Source of the DNA: Gracilinanus agilis
Taxonomy: Eukaryota
Assembly: GCF_016433145.1 (NCBI RefSeq)
Contig: NC_058132.1
Span: 90,225,423 to 90,289,422, forward strand
Length of the DNA: 64,000 bases
Direction of reading: 5' to 3'
Every line of letters starts with the position of its first letter. Position 1 is the stretch's first letter. The position numbers were made by a program, and so were the translations under genes. The notes under the pieces are model-generated. The model made no database searches. It was not told the origin of the DNA and worked only from the letters and a program-made list of their open reading frames with translations. Below are positions 12,111-22,577 of the stretch, piece by piece.

Positions 12111-13058
12111 ATGTCAACTTTCCATAACAGCACCTCACTATCATCACTGACCTTCATTTTGACGGGTGTTCCTGGACTAGAAGCTTCCCATACCTGGATA
12201 TCTATCCCTTTTTTCTGTCTTTATGTAACAGCCCTCTCTGGAAATGGCATGATCCTGTTTGTCATCATCACTGAACCAAGTCTCCATGAGCCCATGTACT
12301 ATTTCCTCTCCATGCTGTCCACCACTGACCTGGGATTGTGCATTTCTACACTTGTGACTGTGCTGAGAATATTCTGGTTCAATGCCAGAGAGATCAGCTT
12401 TAATGCTTGCATGGCTCAGATGTTCTTCATTCATCTATTCACTATTTTAGAGTCTTCAGTACTCTTGGCAATGGCCTTTGATCGTTTTGTGGCCATATCT
12501 AACCCTCTGAGATATGCTACCATCCTCACAAATGGCAGAATCACCCAAATTGTAGTGGCAATTGTCAGTATTGCAATAGTAATCCTGATACCCCTTATTC
12601 TGCTTCTTAGACGCCTGTCTTTCTGCCGTAGTCATGTGCTCCGCCATTCCTATTGCTTCCACCCTGATGTTATGAAACTGTCATGTTCAGACACCAAGAT
12701 AAATAGTGCATTTGGGTTGACTGCTACCATCTTAGTTGCTGGAGTGGGCTCAACATTAATCCTAATTTCCTATGTTCTGATCATCCGTTCCATCCTCAGC
12801 ATTGCATCCCCAGAGGAACGCAAGAAAGCCTTCAGCACTTGTATCTCCCACATCACTGCTGTTGCTATCTTCTACATTCCATTGGTTAGCCTGTCCTTTG
12901 TCCACAGATTTGGGAAAAAAGCTCCTCCCTACCTGCCTACACTCATTTCCAATATTTACCTACTCATTCCCCCAGTAATGAACCCTATCATTTATAGTGT
13001 GAAGACCAAAGAAATACGTAAAGCATTGCTCAAAAATTTTTGTCCCAAAAGACTCTGA
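12111..13058 (+). CDS. OR51F-like: Class I olfactory receptor, family 51 (OR51F-like), 315 aa (OR 1)
   Basis: Intact ORF with LHEPMY, MAFDRFVAI, HSYCFHPD, KAFSTC-SH, VHRFG and PPVMNPIIYSVKTK motifs; N-terminal sequon NST; acceptor ATTTCAG ends at 12067. Confidence 0.96.
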   Translation: MSTFHNSTSLSSLTFILTGVPGLEASHTWISIPFFCLYVTALSGNGMILFVIITEPSLHEPMYYFLSMLSTTDLGLCISTLVTVLRIFWFNAREISFNACMAQMFFIHLFTILESSVLLAMAFDRFVAISNPLRYATILTNGRITQIVVAIVSIAIVILIPLILLLRRLSFCRSHVLRHSYCFHPDVMKLSCSDTKINSAFGLTATILVAGVGSTLILISYVLIIRSILSIASPEERKKAFSTCISHITAVAIFYIPLVSLSFVHRFGKKAPPYLPTLISNIYLLIPPVMNPIIYSVKTKEIRKALLKNFCPKRL

Positions 13059-13781
13059 ATCTAACAGTTGCTATCTCCAAACCACACAGACACAGGAAAA
13101 ATTCATCCATTGAGAGTTTTATTTTTTCATAGTTTAATTTTTTAATTGAAGAGAATCTTGAGGATTATGTAGTCAAACCAAACTCAATTCAGGAATCTAG
13201 AACATCCATTTCAGATGATCATCTGCTCTAACTTTGAGCTTTGCCAGCCACAGGGAGCAATAAAATCTCCTAGGTAATCTCTTTATATTTTAGATAGCTC
13301 CATTACAAATATGATTCTCTGTAGTTTCTCCCAATTGGAACTATTCCTAACTTCTATAGTAACATAATGGATAGATTTGTGTTGAGTCTTAATTTAATAT
13401 AAAAATAACTCTAACTTTTTCTGACCTTTAATTCTCTCTTGTTTGAAATGAAAAGACTTCTAATATTCTTAAAAGAGAGGTGATGATCCCATAAATCTCT
13501 GAAAAATTCAGATGCTAATAGAATTATCTCAATTTTTATTTTAGACATTTCAGCTCATTTATGAATCTATAATTCTCTTGAAATTCCCATCTATTTTTGG
13601 ATTCCACAGAACTTTTGGCCAAGAGTTTTGATTGCTATCCCTAACCACCATACTAGATATACTAGATATACACATACTAACCACCATAATAGATAGTTAT
13701 TTGTCCAAATCTTAAGTGCCAACATTTTCCCTCTGATTAAGTTGCTTTCTACATACACTTTGAAAGTCTGTTACTCTAGAG

Positions 13782-13986
13782 CAATGATGGGCAAACTTTT
13801 TAAAGAGGGGGCCAAAGGAAAGGAAATGCTCATCTGTCAGTTTGTTTCTAAGGCAACTCTTTCAAGGTTTCATCGTGTTGTATCCTACTCATTGTATTCA
13901 TCAGATTAGAAATAATGTAGTGCTGCTGGATAGAACATTTCGGGGGGCTCATATCTGCCCCTTGAGTCATAGTTTGCCCATCACTG
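13782..13986. mobile_element. hAT MITE, 205 bp, same family as 3479-3682 in opposite orientation
   Basis: TIRs CAATGATGGGCAAACT / AGTTTGCCCATCACTG; perfect TSD CTCTAGAG (13774-13781, 13987-13994). Confidence 0.95.
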
Positions 13987-14457
13987 CTCTAGAGTATTTG
14001 ATTTCATTGTATTTCCCCCCCATCCAAATGACTTTAATTTTTAATATATAAAGATCCTAGTCTTAGAAACTTAGAGAAGGAAGGAACTTTAGAAGCCATT
14101 TATTCCAACTTGCCTTCTAATTCAAGATTCCCTACTTCTTATATGCTTGATCACAATCCACACCCATCAAGTCAAAGCCTATTTGACCATTTTGCTATCC
14201 TAATATATAGTTTTTCGTTTTCAACTGACTTCTTCATTGTCTAAATACATAATTAGATCTTGATTCATAGAGAAAAAAAGTCATTTAATTCCATCATGCC
14301 CTATTGCCCTATAATTGTCATTCTGCATATCTTTTTTTCACAATCAAATTTTATTGATTCTGCTTCCACAAAATTTCTTTATTCTGTATCCTTTTCTCCA
14401 TTCAAATTATAACCACTATAATCCAGCACTTTTTCCTAGACTTCCAATCTACTAGAC

Positions 14458-14646
14458 CATAAGTATCAATCGTGCCTGGTCAGCAACACTTATGAGTAGA
14501 GCTCAAATAAGATTAAAATATACTTGAGAAATAGTTAACAAAACTAAATTATAATAGGATATATTGTGGGGGGGTTTCTAAGACAATATGTTACCCAGAA
14601 GGATTATTATGTACAATTTTATTTCTATTTTGGTTAGGCACTGCTG
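14458..14646. mobile_element. Older hAT-Charlie-type MITE
   Basis: Internal TTTCTAAGACAATATG motif and ATTTCTATTT...GGCACTGCTG end; flanks TACTAGAC / TCCTAGGC match at 6 of 8. Confidence 0.55.
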
Positions 14647-14649
14647 TCC

Positions 14650-15210
14650 TAGGCTATTGCAATTGCCTTCTAATTGGCATGCTTTTCTCAAGTTTCTCTT
14701 CTATATAATTCATCCTACCCAAATCTGCCAAGTGGAAATTTCTAAGACACAGGTCTGTCCATACCACTCTTCTCCTCAAAAAGCTTTTGTGGCTTCTTAA
14801 AATCCTTTATAGCCTTTAATTCCTGTTTTTCTAGATTTATTACACTTTCCTCCATTTTATGTGCTTTGCCTTCTAAAATAGCATACTTGGTTTTTCGCAT
14901 ATATGTCATTCTTTCTATTGCCTCTGTGTCTCTTTTCAGTCCACATAGCCTTCTCTACCTTCCATCTCTAGCCCCTTCCCCTACCACTATCATGCTTGTA
15001 ATGCTTTGACTTCAAAATTCATCTCTTATAACCCTTCTTTCAAGCCTGAGTTCAGCTGCTACTTCCTGCTAAAAGGACTTATTCCTCTAGTTTCTAGCAC
15101 CCTGTTCATTGTAAAATATTTTACATATGAATATGTTATATTCATTTATTTGTGTGTTTTTGTATCATATTCTCAGAGTTAAACACAATAACTATCACCT
15201 CATGGTACTT
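14650..15210 (+). mobile_element. L2 3' region
   Basis: TTTCTAAGACACAGGTCTG...CTCCTCAAAAAGCTTTTGTGGCTTC, an L2 motif series. Confidence 0.7.
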
Positions 15211-15299
15211 GGAAACTGTTGTTGTGAAATTGAATTGAATGCAGGAGTATGTGCATAAATGTTTAACATGACTATCTAGAAGGGGGAAACATATACACT

Positions 15300-15480
15300 G
15301 TATACACTTTTAATTTTCAGCTGTATTGTTAACATTTACTCCATCATTTTTTCAAGTCTCAATAAAAGAGCAAATTAAACCCAACCTGATAGTTTTTGAC
15401 TATAGTTTTATTGGGAGTAAATACTTCACCAAAAATTTAACAATTGGCTCTTATAAGCCAGTAAGCACCAACTCCAGTTT
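15300..15480. mobile_element. Old marsupial DNA-transposon MITE fragment (second copy about 51700-51895)
   Basis: Both copies share CACACTTTTAA(A)TTT...CATCATT...AAGTCT...CCTGAT(T/A); family not assigned. Confidence 0.5.
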
Positions 15481-15539
15481 TCCCAATGATTCAGTTTGAC
15501 AGTACTGTCCACTCTTACAATCTTAAAGTCTATTGATTA

Positions 15540-15670
15540 TCTCAGACTCTTCCTAGCTGTACATCCCTGAGCAAATTACTTAATTCCAATTGCCCAGCCC
15601 TTATCACTCTTTTGCCTTAGGTTCAATACTTAGAATTGATTTTAAGGCAGAAAGTAAATTGTTAAAGAAG
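15540..15670 (+). mobile_element. Older SINE1-type fragment
   Basis: CTCAGACTCTTCCTAGCTGT...CCCTTATCACTCTTTTGCCTTAG...AAGGCAGAAAGTAA, the 3' part of opossum SINE1. Confidence 0.65.
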
Positions 15671-15857
15671 GTCTATTGAATAGACTGCCAAATCACTTTT
15701 GGTGTTCTACATTTTTTCCTAAGTTCTAGAATTCCCAAATTCTGGTTTTGATATTCTAATTCAGGGTGCCATCATTCTGCATGTTATTTAGACTGGAAAT
15801 GTGGGAGCCATCTTTGACTCTACTCTCTACTTGTTCTCTTGTGTCCATGCAATCACT

Positions 15858-16412
15858 TAACATGTATGGATTTTCAAGGAGGTCTATCACTTGTCATGTG
15901 GGGGCCTGCAAAGCCCTTTTCAATGCTGCTCGTTCACATTTGGTGCCCACCTGGAATTCAACTCTCAGTTGTGACCCCCAGAAGCTGTAGCATGCAAAGT
16001 AGCCATAATCTAGAAAATTGGCAGATGAGCTAAACCAGATTGAGGGTAACCAGTGGGCTACATACCCATTAGTGAATTGAGGGTATCTGCTCCAATATTT
16101 GAAGACTTCCCCCTAAAGAACGTTTGGATGAAAACAATTTGTTTTTAACAGTCATAAAAGTAGCCAAAAAGTGGACAATGGCAAGGGCTCAGAGCTTGTT
16201 CGGACCACAAAGAGGCCAGCATCAAACACTGAATCCTGAGTCATCATCAGTTATCTTGGCTTTTATCTTGTCATTGGACTTGAATGATTCTGGGAAAGTG
16301 AGGCTGATGAACTTGTGTAGTCTGCCTCTCTTCAATCCAATTCATGCACATCAAGATATCACCCCATGATGACATTGTTCCTATTCAAAAATGAAGGACA
16401 AACAGGAACAAT
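15858..16412 (+). mobile_element. RTE-related SINE (MAR2/RTE-SINE type)
   Basis: GAAGCTGTAGCATGC...GAGGGTAACC...GAAAACAATTTGT...GAAGGACAAACA tail; homologous to 31641-32180. Confidence 0.8.
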
Positions 16413-17769
16413 TTCTTCTTCTTTCCAACATTTTTCACATACATACATTTTTTTCCTTTTTATTCTCATTAGCAGCAGCCTAGTTCAAATCTTTCTTATT
16501 GTTAGCCTTGGCTATTCCAATAACCTCCCATTTCAGAGTTCAAATTCGGTCTCAGAAGACATTTACTCTGAATGACCTTGAGCAAGACATTTTACCTACA
16601 TTTTCCTCAACCATAACATGGAGATAAAAATAGCACCTACCTTGCAGGAGCACTATAAGGATAGAATGAGACAATATTTTAAATCACTTAACAAAGTGAC
16701 TAGTACTTAATTATCACATTGTTGTAGTTGTTGTTGCATGCCAGATTAATCTTCCTGAAGTACAGTTCTTTTCACATCTCTCAGTTGCTCAAAAAACTTC
16801 AGTGTCACCCCATTGCTAGCATGTAGGGTATACTTAATTTAAAAAATCTTTCTAATTGATTGATATGCTAAAGATTGTTCTATAGAAATGAGAGGTCTTG
16901 CACCACTTGTTCCCAAAGATTAGGAGTTGGAAGGGAATTTAGAGGCCATTTCTTCTGAGCCTCTTATTTTATTAGGACAACTAAGTCTAAGACAGTTAAA
17001 TGATTGGTCTGTGGTCACATAGAGAGGGAAAGAATCTAGAATTAATTCCTATAACTTCAAGCTGACTAAACTCAGGTCATCTTGATTCTGAGTTAGTGCT
17101 ATATCCATCATGCCATTTTAGCTGCTTTGTAGAACTGATAAAATGGATAGTTTTGTGAGATACTTGAGATTTAAATAAGCTTATTCCAAGTGTGATGAAC
17201 AAAATCCGAACATTTACACAATAATGATTTTGTAAATATCTACAACTTCAAAACACTTTAGATCTCTAATAAAAATGCAATGACCAAATTCAGTTTCAAA
17301 AAATCAGTGATGAAGCATGCTCACCAACAGCTGGCAGAGAGGTGATGGGCTCGTTGTCAATGTGTCTAAAATGTGTTTTGCTCAATTATACAGATTACAG
17401 ATTTTATTCCCTATTTTTTCCAATATGAGAGGAAGAAAGGTGGAGGAAAAGAAAAAATAGATATTTTAACTAATAATAATAGTAAGAAGTTTCTTCAGAA
17501 GTTAATGTTTTCTTCATCACAGAAAATTATCAAGCAGAGGCTAGACAAACACTTATGATGAGTGAGACAAGATTCCTATTCTGATCAAAATCGTCAGTTT
17601 TAGACAGAAGTCCCACCCAACACTGAGACATTATGATCCTAAATAGCACTTATTACCTACCAAATTGAACACAGTGGGGGAAACTTGGCCTTAAGGTTAT
17701 ATGGTTCCAGATTTTGTGCCTAAGCATTCCTATTTCTAGTTATAGAAAAACAGAAAATCTGCCTTTTAG

Positions 17770-18186
17770 TAAATCAGCAGGGAAACGCCCTCATGAGACA
17801 TAGAGAATTAATAGGACACAAATGCGTAGTGCCCTCTCATTGGAATAAATTGCCTCGTTGTCCACCATGTATCATAGAAGGCAGAGCTCCTTATAAAGGT
17901 AGTTGAGTGAGACAACCAGTGGGTCTTTCCCCTAAATCCTTATTCTGTGCTGACAGGCCAACCAACCCCACAGATTGAATCAAGAGACAACATTAGATCT
18001 AACTTGGGGCATTCACTTTTTTATGTCATCAGGCTTCAGATGGACTTTAACTGAGGAGAGGGGAATTTAGGTTAGACACAAGTCAAAAAAAAAAAAAACA
18101 ACAACAAACTTAGCTGGACACATTTATAAACTGACCTTCAATTATCTGTCAGGAGTTTCTCCAACTTGCCAGTACAAAAGGTAAGT
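17770..18186 (+). promoter_or_regulatory. Candidate promoter and first exon of OR 2
   Basis: O/E-like CCTCATGAGA (17789-17798), AATTAAT, reverse CCAAT (ATTGG at 17839), TATAAAG (17892-17898), second TATAAA at 18125, consensus donor AAG|GTAAGT at 18181. Confidence 0.5.
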
Positions 18187-18389
18187 TTTCCTTAAGTGAG
18201 AACTTTTCACCTGCTCTTTGAGATGCCCTATCAGAATCATCCCGATTCTCAAATTAGTCTTTTCAGTGTCTTTGTGGAATGTCTCAGAATTTCAGATTTT
18301 TGGTAGGATATATATGCCTTCTAGACTCCAGTGTCTAGAACATATTGGGATATTTAATAAATGCTTATTGAATTATGTTGAATCAAACT

Positions 18390-18900
18390 ATAGAGACAGA
18401 AGAAACTTCAGGGGCCATCTAATCCTCTACACCTGTAGAAATATTCTCAACATTGCTCTAGAAGGATTCTTCCAAACTGTGGTACAGTATCTTCTATGAG
18501 AGAAAATGCATTCCCACACCCCACCCCAAGGCATCTAATTCTAATTATGGATAGTTCTAGTTCATAGGTCTTTTTTTTTCAGGCATTAAGGCTGAGAGGC
18601 TCTGAAAAGTTTGCTTATTACTTCTATTTCTTTCACTGCATCTATGTAAGTCTTTTATGTTCTTAAAAACCTGTCATGTCAACCATGATTCTTCTCTTCT
18701 CTTCTTAAGTGTCTCTTATTTCTTCAACCCATCCTCATATATTAGGGACTTAAGTCCTTTCCTATCTTGAGTGATCTCTTCTCAACATTGTCTAGTATCA
18801 ACAACCTTCTTAATTCACAATATTCAGATCTAAAATATTTCAGATGAATCTGATCAGGAAAGAGTGCAGATGTCTTATAATCTCATTATTCCAAGAAGTA
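18390..18900 (-). mobile_element. CR1/L3 fragment
   Basis: AGGGGCCATCTAATCC...CTTCTCTTCTC...AATATTCAGATCT...GGAAAGAGTGCAG, a reverse L3 series. Confidence 0.65.
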
Positions 18901-21110
18901 ATGCTCCCAAAAGAGAGAAATTAGAAGTTTTAGGAAGGCTGTTTTTTGGCTTCACATGTTAAAAGAATAATAATAATAATTCATATTTACATAACACTAT
19001 CTACATGAGTCTATGAGATGAGTAATTTAAGGCAACACAAAGACAACTTTCATAAAAAGTAAAGATGAATAAATGTGGAATAGAATACTTCATGTGGGAA
19101 TGAGTTTGTAGTCACATGAAGCATTGAAGTAAAGATTGGATGGCCAATTGTCAGGGATATTATAAGTGAGGTTTATGATTGAAGATAATGCACTAGTTAA
19201 GGTTTGTGGTCTCTAAGGAATCCCAGTTCTAATAATTTTATCACTTCATCCAGGATCATAATTAGGGAGCAATTAATGTACATGGATCAGGCAAATTTGG
19301 GCATATTCCATCAGTCATTCACAAAAGTAGCAACTATCACACTTGCAAAATTAATTGTCTTATACTAAACATGTGTCAGGGTAGATACAGATATAATTTG
19401 TGATTTTAAAAAACAGAGTTTGCTTCTGTTTTGATTTAGTGAACATTGAATATTGAATAATCTCTCAAAATAAATGTTCATAATCTCACAGCTTAATGGA
19501 ATTCCAAGGATAGAATGGATCTTTAACACCATTTAGTCTTATCTACTGTTAAATGATTCTTCAAATATGCAGTTACTCTAAAGATTTGTGGTTTACATAT
19601 TCAAATTCGTGTTGTCCATCAGAAGAATTTTGCCTGGTAGTGTGTAAAGGTTCCTAGACTTGGGTCCAGAGAAATTTGTGTTCAGATCATTCCTCTAACA
19701 TTTACTAGTCATATGTCAATAGGTATATTATTTAAATTCATCAAACTGAGTTTTTTTACATGTCAAGTGAAAATAATATCTCTAATACCCATTCCATGCA
19801 AGCCACAAATCATTATATAAAGAAAGAATTCATATTCCAGTCTTAACCTATAAGTGATCCTGGGCTAAGCATTTAAGCTCTCTGAGTCTCAGTTTATTTC
19901 TAGAATTTGATCATAATGTTGTTCCTGACCACCTCCTAAAGTTGACTTAAGCATCAAACAAGATAATAACGTCAGCTGAAATATTCTGATTTTGATTATT
20001 TGACAGACTCGGGTAAACGCCCGTGATGTATTTAAACTACTCTGTATGTAGTTGAAAGTCAGTTTTCAGTTGTTCTTAATACTTTCTTCTATAGTACTTC
20101 TTGTTCAATATTCAGGCAGATTTAGGAGGCATTTCTTAGATAAAGAAGTCAATTATCTTGCATATCTGGAGCATGCGACAAAGTCATTTTCAACTAGGAC
20201 ATCCTCCACCACCAACCCTCTCTTTCTTGTTTGGACCCTTGATATTTACCAAAGCATTTTTACCCTGATTTTTTTTCCCTACTGAGGGAAGGAACTAATA
20301 ATATAAAATAAAATAAGATTACAAACTGGTGGTGGTGCAGGTGGTAGTGACAGTGGTGACACTGATAGTAATGATGATGATGGAAGCGTATGCTATTTGT
20401 CTAATTCTTTAGATTTACAAGGCACAAGACATGCATTTTCTCATTTGTTCTCTATAACAAAACTTTGAGTTATGTAGGAAATTATGACATCTTTTTCCAT
20501 TTTGCAGATAAAATGAGGTTCATGAAGGTGAAATGCTTTCTCAATGTCATAATCTACTTACTCCAAGTCCAATCTGTCAACAATTATTTAAGTACTTACG
20601 ATGTTCTATAAATTGCTTTAAGAATTAGGATGTAGAGAAAATTTCAGTCCCTGCCCTGAAGGAATTAATGTTCTAATGGGAAACAACTCTATAAATATAA
20701 GTATGTTGAGATTAAATGAAATTAAAATGTCCTATACAAGGAAAGCACTAGATGTTATTGGGATACGGAAAGAGATCTTGTGGCTCATTGGATTTGAGAT
20801 AAATCTTAAAAGAAGCCAAACAATCCAGGAAGGTCGATGTAAAAAGGGAAAGCATCCCATATTTGGGACATAATCAGTCAAAAAGCATGGAGATGGGAGG
20901 CAAGAGCTCTTTCCACCTGCAATACAGCTGAAAATACCTCTAGCAACAACAGGCATAACATTCTGTAAAGACTACTGCTCTAGCGCTTTACCCCTAAGAA
21001 GTGCATATTTGGATGGACAGGAATACTCTACAATATTTTTGGGGTGATGATCTCTGTGTCCTTGAAGAATGTTATGCTCCCTGTTAGAGGAGCAAACCCC
21101 ATGAAGTATC

Positions 21111-21298
21111 TTTTTTTTTTTTAAACCCTTAACTTCTGTGTATTGACTTATAGGTGGAAGATTGGTAAGGGTAGGCAATGGGGGTCAAGTGACTTGCCCA
21201 GGGTCACACAGCTGGGAAGTGTCTGAGGCCGGATTTGAACCTAGGACCTCCCGTCTCTAGGCCTGGCTCTCAATCCACTGAGCTACCCAGCTGCCCCC
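21111..21298 (-). mobile_element. Young opossum SINE1
   Basis: Full tRNA-derived head GGGGGCAGCTGGGTAGCTCAGTGGA, B-box GGTTCAAATCC, poly(A) tail; TSD CCATGAAGTATC. Confidence 0.95.
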
Positions 21299-21623
21299 CC
21301 ATGAAGTATCATTTTTGAATTTCCCACCCACCCCCATCCACTTTTCTCAGGGAGAGTCAGCAAATTCCCTTTGTGTGAAATAACTAATTAAAATAAATCT
21401 TTAAGTAAGGAAGAGAAAATTCAGAAAACTCATTCTCCACATAATCTCTTTTAACTGAGCACCAACCTATTGTAGGTAAGTTATTATATACTTTGTAAAG
21501 AATATTGAAGAAAAATAAAATAGCCCTTGAATTTAGGGAGGTTATGCCCCATTTGTAATGAGCCAAATTTATCATTTCAGGATATAACTTCTCTCATTAG
21601 AAAATTTGTCTCTTCATCTCATC

Positions 21624-22577
21624 ATGTCAGCTTTCCTGAAGAACACATCCTCACCTTCCCTGACCTTCTTCCTTACCGGTGTTCCTGGACTAGAAGCTGC
21701 TCATGCCTGGATCTCCATCCCTTTTTGCTGTCTCTACATAACAGCCCTCTCTGGGAATGGTATGATCCTGTTTGTCATCATCACTGAACCAAGCCTCCAT
21801 GAGCCCATGTACTATTTCCTCTCCATGCTCTCTTCCACTGACTTGGGATTGTGCACATCCACTCTGTTTACTGTGTTGGGAATATTCTGGTTCAATGCCA
21901 GAGAGATCAGTTTTAATGCCTGCCTGACTCAGATGTTCTTTATTCATCTCTTCACTTTCATGGAATCCTCGGTACTATTGGCTATGGCCTTTGATCGATT
22001 TGTGGCCATTTCTAACCCACTGAGATACGCCACTATCCTCACACACTCAAGAATAACACAAATTGGAGTGGCAATTGTTACCAGAGGCACAGTCATCCTG
22101 ATACCTCTTGTCCTGCTTCTTAAACGGCTCTCTTTTTGCCACAGTCATGTGCTTCGCCATTCTTACTGTTTTCATCCTGATGTTATGAAACTCTCATGTT
22201 CAGACACAAAAGTCAATAGTGCATTTGGGTTAACTGCAATAATTTCTAGTGCTGGTGTAGACTCCATCTTCATCCTCCTCTCCTATATACTGATCATCCG
22301 TTCTATCCTTAGCATTGCATCCCCAGAGGAACGCAAGAAAGCCTTTAGCACTTGCATCTCCCATATAGCTGCTGTAGCCATCTTCTATATTCCTCTAATC
22401 AGCCTATCCTTTGTCCATAGGTTTGGGAAACAAGCTCCTCCCTATGTACCCACTCTCATTGCCAATATCTACCTGCTCATTCCTCCTGTAATGAACCCCA
22501 TCATTTACAGTGTGAAGACCAAACAAATACGTAAAGCTGTGCTCAAAGTCCTTCACCCCAAGGGAGTCCTGATCTGA
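21624..22577 (+). CDS. OR51F-like: Class I olfactory receptor, family 51 (OR51F-like), 317 aa (OR 2)
   Basis: Intact ORF with all class I motifs. First ATG is at 21624 (the track starts at an upstream TTG). Acceptor ATTTCAG ends at 21580; AATAAA at 22837. Confidence 0.96.
   Translation: MSAFLKNTSSPSLTFFLTGVPGLEAAHAWISIPFCCLYITALSGNGMILFVIITEPSLHEPMYYFLSMLSSTDLGLCTSTLFTVLGIFWFNAREISFNACLTQMFFIHLFTFMESSVLLAMAFDRFVAISNPLRYATILTHSRITQIGVAIVTRGTVILIPLVLLLKRLSFCHSHVLRHSYCFHPDVMKLSCSDTKVNSAFGLTAIISSAGVDSIFILLSYILIIRSILSIASPEERKKAFSTCISHIAAVAIFYIPLISLSFVHRFGKQAPPYVPTLIANIYLLIPPVMNPIIYSVKTKQIRKAVLKVLHPKGVLI

Noticed and set aside
12177-12434. Similar antisense ORFs opposite the OR genes (also 21690-21947, 29016-29261, 35969-36208)
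   Set aside because: Shadow frames of conserved OR coding sequence; their similarity follows from OR paralogy.
21230-21298. tRNA-like A and B boxes
   Set aside because: Head of a tRNA-derived SINE with tail and TSD, not a tRNA gene.
21606-21623. Track start of OR 2 at TTG giving 323 aa
   Set aside because: Non-ATG start; ATG 21624 aligns with the paralogue starts.
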